Positions 1 through 8,787 of a stretch of 64,000 nt of DNA are shown in pieces. The notes below the pieces were generated by a model, which saw nothing but the letters and a program-made list of their open reading frames with translations, had not been told where the DNA came from and ran no database searches. Position 1 is the stretch's first letter; the number at the start of each line of letters is the position of its first letter. The position numbers were made by a program, and so were the translations under genes. This DNA comes from Amphiscolops sp. MND2022 (taxonomy: Eukaryota), in contig OZ076409.1 of NCBI GenBank assembly GCA_964187785.1, positions 99,202,001 to 99,266,000 of the forward strand, read 5' to 3'.

Positions 1-2
1 AT

Positions 3-527
3 ATAGAACGAACTGTCTTTAGAAAAGATGTTAACACCAATAATAATTGGACATTTGAATTAGGCAACAGTGGAGAATCGACACCAACATACGTGATAGT
101 TGGATTTCAAGCTAGAAATAAAATTGATTAACAAACACATAACAACTCAACATTCGATCGACTTTCGGTTAGTAATGCAGTTTGTAAAATAGGATCAGAA
201 AAATATCCCGATGATGGAATAGAATGTGACTACGACCGCGACAAATACGATCAAGCTTATTATGAAATCGAAAACTTCTATAACTTACATTCTGAATCTA
301 ATCTACTCAATCCGTTTATCAGTTTGCACAAATTCCGAACGAGTTACAATTTTTATGTGTTTGACCTATCTAAGCAAAAACCACCTATAGCATCTCAACC
401 TATTAGATTAGAATTTAAATTTAGTGCTGCTTTTGGTGTAGCAGATTATGTAGCTTATGCCCTTGTACTAACACCCAAGTTAATAAGTATTAGTAGTGAC
501 GGACAAAGACACTTTGATCTTTTATAA
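3..527 (+). pseudogene. Polinton major capsid protein, C-terminal part, with one in-frame TAA at 129-131
   Basis: Frame 3 reads IERTVFRKDVNTNNNWTFELG...PTYVIVGFQARNKID*QTHN...FDRL...IGSEKYP...FYVFDLSKQ...IRLEFKF...GQRHFDLL. Pattern typical of Polinton MCP; homologous to 41119-42344 and ~57480-58600. Confidence 0.8.
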
Positions 528-619
528 TTCATCAATTCATCAATATAAAAACATTAGATGAAAACGAATCTGTAATTAAAAAAATTGAAAATTTATTTGA
601 AATAAATAATATATAATAA

Positions 620-817
620 ATGAAGTACATAAATAATAAATTTTACACTGAAGTTAATAATCCAAAGTACATTATCAATGATGGTAAAATTCTGAGAGAA
701 ACATCTCCTCCCAAGTCATTGAAATCTAAATATGAAGTTATGAATGGTGTTAAATTAGATAAAAAATCAAATATAATTGAATTAGATGACGGATCTCTTC
801 ATATTGTAACGAAATAA
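620..817 (+). CDS. Polinton small hypothetical protein (65 aa)
   Basis: ATG in TAAATG context; its stop abuts the next ATG (TAA-ATG at 815-820). Confidence 0.5.
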   Translation: MKYINNKFYTEVNNPKYIINDGKILRETSPPKSLKSKYEVMNGVKLDKKSNIIELDDGSLHIVTK

Positions 818-1147
818 ATGGATGAAGAAGAATTTTTAAATCCTACCATGTGTAGGAGATGTAATAGAAATGCTCTACTAGAATACGAGTATGAATTCAC
901 TTGTTATGTATGTGAATTCAATGTTATAAAAACTAAAAATCAATTGACAAAAGTTCAAAGAAAAAAGAATATCAATTTTAAAGGGAGATTAACATATGCA
1001 ACTCCGAAAATAATTGGTATTTGTATGGAAGTTAATTCATTAGTTCAAACCAATGATATAGACGTTCTCGCAGCTGTCCTGACATATCTTAAAAAGAAGA
1101 GACTAAATATCTTAGAAGAAATCCTAAACAAGTTTGATGACGCCTGA
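818..1147 (+). CDS. Polinton hypothetical protein with CxxC-x(13)-CxxC zinc-ribbon-like motif (109 aa)
   Basis: CRRC...CYVC; TAAATG start; TGATG overlap with the next ORF. Confidence 0.6.
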   Translation: MDEEEFLNPTMCRRCNRNALLEYEYEFTCYVCEFNVIKTKNQLTKVQRKKNINFKGRLTYATPKIIGICMEVNSLVQTNDIDVLAAVLTYLKKKRLNILEEILNKFDDA

Positions 1148-1353
1148 TGATTTCGAAAAAAAATGTCTTCGCTGCATCTGAAGGAATTCACAAAGCTGGA
1201 GATTATGCACTTAGGATGATGAAGTGGTTGGTCTCGGCTAGGTATTATGAAAATATAAATTATTACGACTTGATAGCAACTGCTTTGATGTATATAAAGG
1301 GTGAAAAGTTATATGTTACGAAAGAGATTTTCTCAGTAGTAAATGACAGATAG
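1147..1353 (+). CDS. Polinton small hypothetical protein (68 aa)
   Basis: TGATG stop/start overlap with the upstream ORF; could instead be the frameshifted continuation of it. Confidence 0.45.
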   Translation: MISKKNVFAASEGIHKAGDYALRMMKWLVSARYYENINYYDLIATALMYIKGEKLYVTKEIFSVVNDR

Positions 1354-1531
1354 TGGTAGTGAAACAATCTATTCGGAGAGTGAGGTTTCTGAAGACGAAT
1401 CTCTACATAGTTCAGATGAGGATTTTATCGACGATTCGGAACATGAAACTTCAGAGAGCGAAGATGAAGTTTATCTCCCCCCAAAACGGAAGCGGAGAAA
1501 TATAGAAATTATTATAAAAATAGAAAAATGA
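1343..1531 (+). CDS. Small Ser/Asp/Glu-rich protein with basic NLS-like tail (62 aa)
   Basis: SESEVSEDESLHSSDEDFIDDSE followed by PPKRKRR; TAAATG start. Confidence 0.55.
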   Translation: MTDSGSETIYSESEVSEDESLHSSDEDFIDDSEHETSESEDEVYLPPKRKRRNIEIIIKIEK

Positions 1532-1562
1532 AAAAACAATTGAATAAAAATTTATATAGTAA

Positions 1563-1868
1563 ATGGATGAAACATATCATAGGAAATATTGTGAAGCTTG
1601 TGATAAACAAGTTCACACATCATCGTTTGCAAAGCATCTGAAGTCTAAAATTCATTTACAGAAAAATGTAGGTGTAATCCCACAAAAACCCAGAGTTCTA
1701 CTAGCAGTGGAAGAACAACAAGAACCTAGAGTTCTACCAGCAGTGGAAGAACAACAAGAACCTAGAGTTCTACCAGTAGTGGAAGAACAACAACAACCTC
1801 GATCTCGACCTATCCCCCCAAAACGGAATCGGAGAAATATAGAAATTATTATAAAAATAGAAAAATAG
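1563..1868 (+). CDS. C2H2 (U1/matrin-like) zinc-finger protein paralogous to the pPolB N-terminus, with 3x12-aa repeat and NLS-like tail
   Basis: KYCEACDKQVHTSSFAKHLKSKIH vs pPolB KYCEVCDKHIHTASFSRHEKSKIH; PRVLxxVEEQQ(E/Q) x3; PPKRNRR. Confidence 0.65.
   Translation: MDETYHRKYCEACDKQVHTSSFAKHLKSKIHLQKNVGVIPQKPRVLLAVEEQQEPRVLPAVEEQQEPRVLPVVEEQQQPRSRPIPPKRNRRNIEIIIKIEK
1689..1799 (+). repeat. 36-bp coding tandem repeat, 3 copies
   Basis: CCYAGAGTTCTACYAGYAGTGGAAGAACAACAASAA units at 1689, 1725 and 1761. Confidence 0.9.
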
Positions 1869-1900
1869 AAAAAACAATTGAATAAAAATTTATATAGTAA

Positions 1901-4900
1901 ATGAACACAACGAATACCAAATATTGTGAAGTGTGTGATAAACACATTCACACAGCATCCTTCTCGAGACATGAGAAATCTAAAATTCATTTACACAATA
2001 TTGGCGTTGTACCGGGAGACCCTATACAACGAAGGGCGCGATCGGTCCCAACACTAAAACAATTAGCGAGAGCTAAAGTCAATCTCTCAGAAAAAGAGTT
2101 GGCAAAACATATGATAAATCCATACTACTTCTCTAAAAGATATGAACCTCAATATGATGTTAATCTTGATCAACACCACCCCAAACACTTAAATAGTAAG
2201 ATAACTGTCAAACCTAAATATGATCTCCCTATTGAATTGCTCGATCTGAATAATATCTTCAAAGAAATGTCAGCAATATATGCTAGGTTAATTGAGCAAT
2301 ATAAATTCAAATATCAAGTTGTCTTCTCAATTATTTTCGATAAGGAGACTCAAGAAGAGTTAGAACAGTATGTTAGTTTGGAGGTCAATCAGAGTTTAAC
2401 TTGGAATGATATTGAAAAGTATGATCTAGAAGGAAAAACAAATGCATTGATTGAAAATCTGGAGATGAAAGATAGTGGTTGGAGATTCTGTAAAATTGCA
2501 TCGATGACTATATACTTTTATAAAACTGTTGAACTGAATGGTAGCAGTTATGTTAAAATACCTCTTAGAAGCGCTGCTATTTTAAACATTGAAAATAATG
2601 ATAAGTACTGTTTTCTATGGAGCATCTTAGCTCACCTTCATCCTTGTGAGAATTCTCACCCTAATAGAGTTTCAAACTATCGAGAATATTTTAGAGAATT
2701 GAAAACAGATGGATTGGAATTCCCTTTTAAAACATCAGATGTTTCTAAATTTGAAAAGATGAATAATCTAGCTATTAATATATTTGAGTTACAGTTCTAT
2801 CAAGAGGGGGAAAAGTGGAAACATAAATTGATTCCTATTGAGGTTAGTGAGAACAATTCAGAAACAGTGATTGATTTGGTGATATATAAAAATCACTATG
2901 CCCTCATTAAAAAACTTCATGTATTCTTAGGAAAAAGGGATTCAAAATTTGTTTGTCGTCGATGTCTAAGTTGCTTTACAAATGAAAACGTTTTGGTGAA
3001 ACATACTGAAAGATGTAAGCAACAAGATATCACAGCTATCAGAGTTAGCAAGGATAGTCATTTAATGTGGAAGAAGCACTTTCATAAGATCCCACTATAT
3101 TTCAGGATCTATGGTGATTTCGAATGTAATAATAAAAGAGAATATTCTAACATAGGTAATAAAACCACAAACATTTTCAGACAAAATCCAATGTGTAATG
3201 GATTTTACATAGTATCTGAGATGGATAATGTTCTACAGTCTGGATGGCATCTCTCGCCCTTTGGAGAGGATAATGTTGAATGGTTTGTTAATGAAGTCAT
3301 AAAGATTGAGAATAAGATGAATTTCTATTTTAAGAATACAAAGAAAGAGATTATGATGACTCAAGAAGATGAGGAAGATTTTAAGAATAGTACTCATTGT
3401 TGGTTCTGTGAACTTCCCTTAGATGGGAGAGCTGTCAGAGATCATTGTCATCTGACTGGTAGGTATCGAGGGGCTGCGCATGAAAAGTGTAATATAAATG
3501 TGAAACAGAAACAGAGTAATTTCATACCATTCGTGTTTCACAACTTCAGTAACTACGACTGTCACTTGTTCTTTAAAACATTGATTGATAAAAAATCAGA
3601 TAATGTTCCCCTTCATGTCATACCCAAGACAAATGAGGAATATATATCAATTTCATATGGTTGTATTAGATTTATAGATTCATATAGATTTTTATCAAGT
3701 AGTTTAGATGGGTTGGTTAAAACAGTTGATGAGTTGACAATTCTGAAGAGAGAGTTTCCTGATAATTGGGAGCTGTTGAGTATGAAGTTGGCGTACCCAT
3801 ATGAATATTTTAAATCTCTTGATGATTATCAGTTGTCAGTTAAAGATCTTGTAAAAGAGGATTACTTCAGTAGATTGAAAAATGGATATCCTCAAGATAG
3901 TGAGATTCAGAGAACAAATGAAATCATTGAAACTTTTAAGATTAAAACTGGAAAGGAGTTGACTGAGTTGTATTTGAAAACTGATGTTGTTTTGTTAGCA
4001 GATGTGTTTGAGAAGTTCATAAAGGTATCATTAAACGAATTTAAAATCAATCCGTTATATTGTGTTAGTCTTCCTGGATATACTTGGGAATGTGGATTGA
4101 AATATACTGGGATTAATTTGCAAACACTTCAAGATAAAGATATGATCTTAATGTTAGAGAATAATATTAGAGGTGGGATTTCATCTGTTATGGGGGATAG
4201 ATATGTTAAATCAGATGAAAACAAAAAGATTTTATATATTGATGCTAATAATCTATATGGGTGGGCAATGAGCCAGTATTTGCCATATGATGATATAAAA
4301 TTTGATGGTAATGTTAAGTTGGAAGATATATTAGATACACCTGATGATAGTGAGGTTGGGTATTTTGTTGAAGTTGACTTGAAATATCCTGAGGGGATAA
4401 GAGAGAAGACTGTGAACTTCCCATTCTGTCCAGATAATAAGTTTTCACCTCAAGATAAGTTTACTGAGTATATGAAAAAAATGAAGCAGGATAGTTATGC
4501 TAAATGTAAAAAGTTAATATGTGATTGGACTGATAAGAAAAAATATTTGATACATTATCGAATGTTGAAGTTTTATGTGAGACATGGTATGATTGTTGAG
4601 AAAGTTCATGAAGTAATTTCTTTTAAGCAGAGCAAGTGGTTGGAGAAGTACATTGATTTCAATACTCAGAAAAGAAATAGGACGAAAAATGATTTTGAGA
4701 AAGATTTTTACAAACTATTAAACAATGCGTTCTATGGAAAGACAATGGAGAATGTGCGAAATAGAACTAAGATCGAGTTCATTAAAAAAGATGAAGAAGA
4801 GAAGATGGTGAAGTGGCAATCTAAGTTGACGTTTAATGGGATCCATAAGTGTTATGAGAAATATGATAGTTTCACGTTTAAGATGAATGAGGTTCTGATG

Positions 4901-5476
4901 GATAAGCCAATATATCTTGGATTTAGTGTGTTACAGTTGAGCAAGTTATTGATGTATGAAACGTACTATGATAAATTTCAACCTTACTTTGGGAAAGAGA
5001 ATATTCAATGTCAATATTTTGATACCGATGCGATGGTATTGAGTATTAAAACGAAAGATATTGTTGAAGACTTATATAATCTTAGAGATTTATTTGATTT
5101 CAGTAATTTGAATAGAGAGCATAAGTTGTTTAGTGAAGAGAATAAAAAGGTTGTTGGTAAATTTAAAATTGAAACACCTAGGAGTATTTGGATTGATGAA
5201 TTTGTTTGTTTGAGAAGTAAAGCGTATGCATATAGATGTGGAGGTGAAAGTTCTAACAAACTAAAAGGTATCTCAAAATCACAGAGTAAGAATATAAAGT
5301 TTGAAGAATATTATAACTGTTTATTTGGGGGTAATTATCAAAGAGAATGTGAAAATTTTGTAATTAGATCTATAGATCATGATATGTTTCTTCAAAAGGT
5401 TACAAAGAACTCTTTATCTGCATTTGATGAGAAGCGATGTTATTTGAATAATATTGTAAGCATTCCATGGAATTAA
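1901..5476 (+). CDS. Protein-primed family B DNA polymerase (pPolB), intact, with N-terminal zinc finger, putative vOTU-like region and inserted endonuclease VII/HNH-like domain
   Basis: ExoI GDFE, ExoII HNFSNYD, ExoIII YLKTDV; polymerase motifs YIDANNLYGWAM, KLLNNAFYGK, YFDTDA. CWFC...RDHCHLTGRYRGAAHEKCN insert. NDKYCFLWS...NHYALI Cys/His pair in the N-terminal half. Confidence 0.95.
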   Translation: MNTTNTKYCEVCDKHIHTASFSRHEKSKIHLHNIGVVPGDPIQRRARSVPTLKQLARAKVNLSEKELAKHMINPYYFSKRYEPQYDVNLDQHHPKHLNSKITVKPKYDLPIELLDLNNIFKEMSAIYARLIEQYKFKYQVVFSIIFDKETQEELEQYVSLEVNQSLTWNDIEKYDLEGKTNALIENLEMKDSGWRFCKIASMTIYFYKTVELNGSSYVKIPLRSAAILNIENNDKYCFLWSILAHLHPCENSHPNRVSNYREYFRELKTDGLEFPFKTSDVSKFEKMNNLAINIFELQFYQEGEKWKHKLIPIEVSENNSETVIDLVIYKNHYALIKKLHVFLGKRDSKFVCRRCLSCFTNENVLVKHTERCKQQDITAIRVSKDSHLMWKKHFHKIPLYFRIYGDFECNNKREYSNIGNKTTNIFRQNPMCNGFYIVSEMDNVLQSGWHLSPFGEDNVEWFVNEVIKIENKMNFYFKNTKKEIMMTQEDEEDFKNSTHCWFCELPLDGRAVRDHCHLTGRYRGAAHEKCNINVKQKQSNFIPFVFHNFSNYDCHLFFKTLIDKKSDNVPLHVIPKTNEEYISISYGCIRFIDSYRFLSSSLDGLVKTVDELTILKREFPDNWELLSMKLAYPYEYFKSLDDYQLSVKDLVKEDYFSRLKNGYPQDSEIQRTNEIIETFKIKTGKELTELYLKTDVVLLADVFEKFIKVSLNEFKINPLYCVSLPGYTWECGLKYTGINLQTLQDKDMILMLENNIRGGISSVMGDRYVKSDENKKILYIDANNLYGWAMSQYLPYDDIKFDGNVKLEDILDTPDDSEVGYFVEVDLKYPEGIREKTVNFPFCPDNKFSPQDKFTEYMKKMKQDSYAKCKKLICDWTDKKKYLIHYRMLKFYVRHGMIVEKVHEVISFKQSKWLEKYIDFNTQKRNRTKNDFEKDFYKLLNNAFYGKTMENVRNRTKIEFIKKDEEEKMVKWQSKLTFNGIHKCYEKYDSFTFKMNEVLMDKPIYLGFSVLQLSKLLMYETYYDKFQPYFGKENIQCQYFDTDAMVLSIKTKDIVEDLYNLRDLFDFSNLNREHKLFSEENKKVVGKFKIETPRSIWIDEFVCLRSKAYAYRCGGESSNKLKGISKSQSKNIKFEEYYNCLFGGNYQRECENFVIRSIDHDMFLQKVTKNSLSAFDEKRCYLNNIVSIPWN

Positions 5477-6261
5477 ATAGAATAATTCCACACCTTTAAA
5501 AAATAATATGCTTTAATCTCCTGTAACAAATAAAGTCTTATATTAACTTTATCACCTTTCTGTATATTATCTTTAGAATACATTGGCCTTAGGTTCTTCC
5601 AATTAAAGCATTTTATTATCTCATCTTGATTGAATAAGTTGAATGAAGATATTGGAAGACAATGGTCGATGTGCCAAACTTTACCATAGTTTTCTAGTTT
5701 CATATCACCATAAAGTTGGAATTCGATCCAACGTTTTAAGAATTGTTGGGAACATCCTAAAAGTTCTAATGTTTTGTTGTTCTTTCTCATATTCTGAGCT
5801 TTGAATGCTTGTCTTGTTCTTGTTCTTAAATTAGTTGTGAATTTGTACATTGGATCTGTTTGCCTTCTATTATTTTCATATTCACATATTTTATCACGAG
5901 ATTCTTTTCGATATCTTTTCTTAATTTCAAGTATTTGTTCACGATTTTCTTGATAATATCTTTTCTTTTTATCACGATTTTCATAATTATATTTTTTATA
6001 ATATTCAAGTTTTTGATCACGATTTTCTTGATAATATCTTTTCAGGTTATCACAATTTTCTTGATAATATCTTTTATTATATTCACATCTTTGTTCTCGT
6101 GTTGTATTATAATACATTCTATGACAAGATTTACAGGATACATATAATCCATCTTTTCTGCTCTTATCTTTGAAAAAGTTCATTTTTAGTTGTATGATTC
6201 CGCATTTGGAACAGATTTTAACTAAATCATAGGTCATTAAATCTCTAATGTAATTACTCAT
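5473..6261 (-). CDS. HNH/endonuclease VII-like protein with N-terminal C4 zinc finger and YYQENR repeats (262 aa)
   Basis: CSKC...CKSC; repeated KRYYQENR helix; C-terminal ENYGKVWHIDHCLPISSF...CFNWKNLRPMYSKDNIQKG; TAAATG start; intact. Confidence 0.8.
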   Translation of the reverse strand: MSNYIRDLMTYDLVKICSKCGIIQLKMNFFKDKSRKDGLYVSCKSCHRMYYNTTREQRCEYNKRYYQENCDNLKRYYQENRDQKLEYYKKYNYENRDKKKRYYQENREQILEIKKRYRKESRDKICEYENNRRQTDPMYKFTTNLRTRTRQAFKAQNMRKNNKTLELLGCSQQFLKRWIEFQLYGDMKLENYGKVWHIDHCLPISSFNLFNQDEIIKCFNWKNLRPMYSKDNIQKGDKVNIRLYLLQEIKAYYFLKVWNYSI

Positions 6262-6447
6262 TTACTTAACTTTGTTTTATTCAATTAAAATCATTTAAAG
6301 AAAATTTTTTAAGCGATTTGACGTTAGTGTGAGGAATGTTGTGATGGTGAATGTCCTTGAGTTTGAGTAATACCTAGTAGTATAGAAAGGGGGATTTGAT
6401 ATTAATTTGAAGGGTGAGCAATTGAGTGATGGGGCGAAGCGGAGCGG

Positions 6448-6633
6448 AGTAGTGTATATAATCGTATTTGACATTAGCGCGGGGTCACCATGAGTGGAGC
6501 GAAGCGAAGCGAATGGTGAAGCAAGTGGGGGAGGTTGAAGAGTGAGCAGCTGAGCGAAGCGAGGTTGTGAGCGATGAGGCCGAGCCACGCTTGCGCCATC
6601 GCGCTGGTGTCAAATACGATTATATACACTACT
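6448..6633. repeat. Terminal inverted-repeat pair (33-bp arms, 120-bp GC-rich spacer) at the Polinton A end
   Basis: 6448-6480 AGTAGTGTATATAATCGTATTTGACATTAGCGC vs reverse complement of 6601-6633 AGTAGTGTATATAATCGTATTTGACACCAGCGC (31/33). Confidence 0.95.
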
Positions 6634-6940
6634 GACTTCAAGTATCTTTCAAAATTAAATTGTAACCTAAGTTAGTTTTGCAAGAAAAGGCTGGAATTTT
6701 TTGAACTGTGTGGGTTTTACATGGGTAAGAGTTGGAAACTTTTGGAAATTCATTTTGAAACTCCGTGTATTTTCAGAGGAAATTTTGAACTAGGAGAACA
6801 TATTAGTTGCCGCTAAATTGGATCGTTATTAAAATTGCTGAAAAAGATCTGCGCGGCCGGCCGCTAATTCACTGATTAGCGGTGTCAAAACCTTGTATGA
6901 CAGACATGCCGTATTCAAACCAACATGTCGTATTCACTCA

Positions 6941-7416
6941 AACAAGACGAGAACGTCTAAAGTCGGCGCTATATCTAAGGCTCAAAAAGCGCAAAATACT
7001 TTTTTTGAAAAAAAACTTGAATTTTTTTCTTTCAGAAAATGTCGCATAGTGCCGGAAAATGTAAGACGGGTGACCCTTTGGGCTTTATTGACATATATTC
7101 TGTTGCAAAATATCAAAAAACTCGAAAGGGAGACTCTTTTTAGACATCAAAAAATTTTCGAAAAAAGTCGCACAATGCCGAAAAAAAATCGAAAGGGGGA
7201 CCCTTTAGTCTCGTTCGGTTTTGTAGGTTACGTTAAAAAAGTAAAAACTGAAAGGGGACCCTTTTGCACTAATTTCCGCTGACCGGACTTGGCCTTATGG
7301 TAGTAGTTTTAGTAGTTTCGATTGTAAGAAAAGTGGACCAATCAGAGTGAGATTGTAGTCTGACGAAAACTAGCCACTGTAAGAGTCGGGCACTTTTCAC
7401 TAGAAAAGCGCCGACT
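6941..7416 (-). mobile_element. Helentron-associated (HINE/DINE-1-like) non-autonomous element, family 1
   Basis: Subterminal inverted repeats AGTCGGCGC/GCGCCGACT, adjacent partial IR, short stem-loop and CTTGTT end, no TSD; internal GGGGACCCTTT-type subrepeats. Confidence 0.7.
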
Positions 7417-8787
7417 AAAAATAGGTTGCTCTCAAAATGCCCATATTTCTTCACTGTATGAAAAGAATTTTAACACAGGCGAAGTATTGCTTCCACTTAC
7501 ACATGCATAAGAGTCGAGAAAATCCGTTCTAAAATGGTGCTACAAAATTAGAAAATAGCTATGCACGGGTGTATATAGGTTTAGTAATTGTTTAATTTGT
7601 GAAAAACATCCGAACAAACGCAAAACTTCAGATATTGAAATTTCCACGTCAAATCAGAATTGGAACATCGATTATAATACAAACCTTTGCAAGGTTTCGA
7701 GAACTGTGGGAGTCCAATGAATATTAAAGCTTAATTAAAAAGATTAAAGCTTTTAATTTAAAAAATTAAAGCTTTAATTAAAAAGATTATATCCTTATAA
7801 GAAAACCGAGACAAGTTATTACTTTTCTCAGGAAACGAAAAATGTAACATTAGCACGGAAATCAGTTTTTTACTTTTCTTCAACATTTTTGTCAATAGCT
7901 CCTAGAGGCGCTGATGGAAAGAAAAGCTGGAAAGTACTTTCCACTTGGCCTAGAGGTTAACGCGGGTTTCTCTTCGTGATGGTGTGGCTGGTAAGCATGT
8001 GTACGTGAGTTGAAACCTTGCACGCGACTACAAATTTTATGCTTGCTTAGGTAGAGGGAAGAACAAAGGGTCCCGCTTAGACTTTTCTGAAGTATGCGTT
8101 TTTCCCGAAAATTTGGATTTCCTCACGTTTCAGTTGAAGAAAGCTGTTTTTGAAGTCTCAAGGATGCCTTTTTTGGTTATTTGTTGGTATCAAAAATTGT
8201 TTTTGAGCATATTTCAAAAGATTTTGCTCTTTTTGAGCGTTAAGCGGGCGCCGAATTATCAAATTGAACGAAATCGATAAACTGACGTTTGAGGATTTGA
8301 AGAAGACTGTGGAAATACTCATTATGAAATTGCCATTTTTAGATCTGTGGGTATTTTTTAAACTGGAATTATAGCTTTTCTTTTTTGAACAATTGATATT
8401 CGAGAGTTCGAATACTAAGTTAGTTCCGGCTATAAGGCGCGAAAGTCGAAAATAGAAAGTTCTCAAAAACGTCTTTTCTCTACACGTTTCTCATCCAAAG
8501 TACCCGAACTCTTTTGAGTGGAATTCATGACAACTAGATATCCAAAATCCTCCCGTGAGAAACTTATTAAACTGGTTGTTTGAACGCCCGAAAGCCATTT
8601 CATTTCACAAAAATTGGTATTTTCACAAGATTTCACACAGACATCGAGCAGCACCGGAAGAAAGTTTCTCAGCAAGGCTAGCAACCGTCATTATCGTTGC
8701 ATTTGAATGCAGAAAAAACACTAATGAGTCGCAAAAGGTCAACTAAAAGATGACAAGTCTAAGACAAAAATTGAATCTAACTAAAAA

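Larger units (their letters stand above)
1..6633 (+). mobile_element. Polinton/Maverick (adintovirus-like) endogenous element, copy A, right-hand part (left part outside window)
   Basis: Capsid-like ORF, intact pPolB and compact intronless genes. Ends in ...TATACACTACT at 6633 (reverse complement AGTAGTGTATA), matching the AGTAGT/ACTACT termini typical of Polintons. Confidence 0.9.

Noticed and set aside
1364..1385. LxCxE-like Rb-binding motif (IYSESE)
   Set aside because: Lacks the Leu and Cys; expected by chance in an S/E-rich peptide.
1652..1990. Antisense ORFs over real genes (also 5860-6147, 45901-46203)
   Set aside because: Shadows of repetitive coding sequence on the opposite strand.
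6295..6588. 97-aa ORF in the Polinton terminal region
   Set aside because: Non-ATG start; sequence is a translation of GCTTCGC repeats.
6893..7454. K/F/G-rich ORFs within HINE repeats (also 12-15 kb, 49-50 kb, 55-56 kb, 63-64 kb)
   Set aside because: Incidental frames in non-coding repeats; not conserved between copies.
7724..7790. ATTAAAGCTT short tandem/palindromic repeats
   Set aside because: Low-complexity AT-rich slippage; no further structure.
7900..8746. Further GANP 3' exons or a separate gene
   Set aside because: Could not establish splice phase or recognisable homology; left unannotated.
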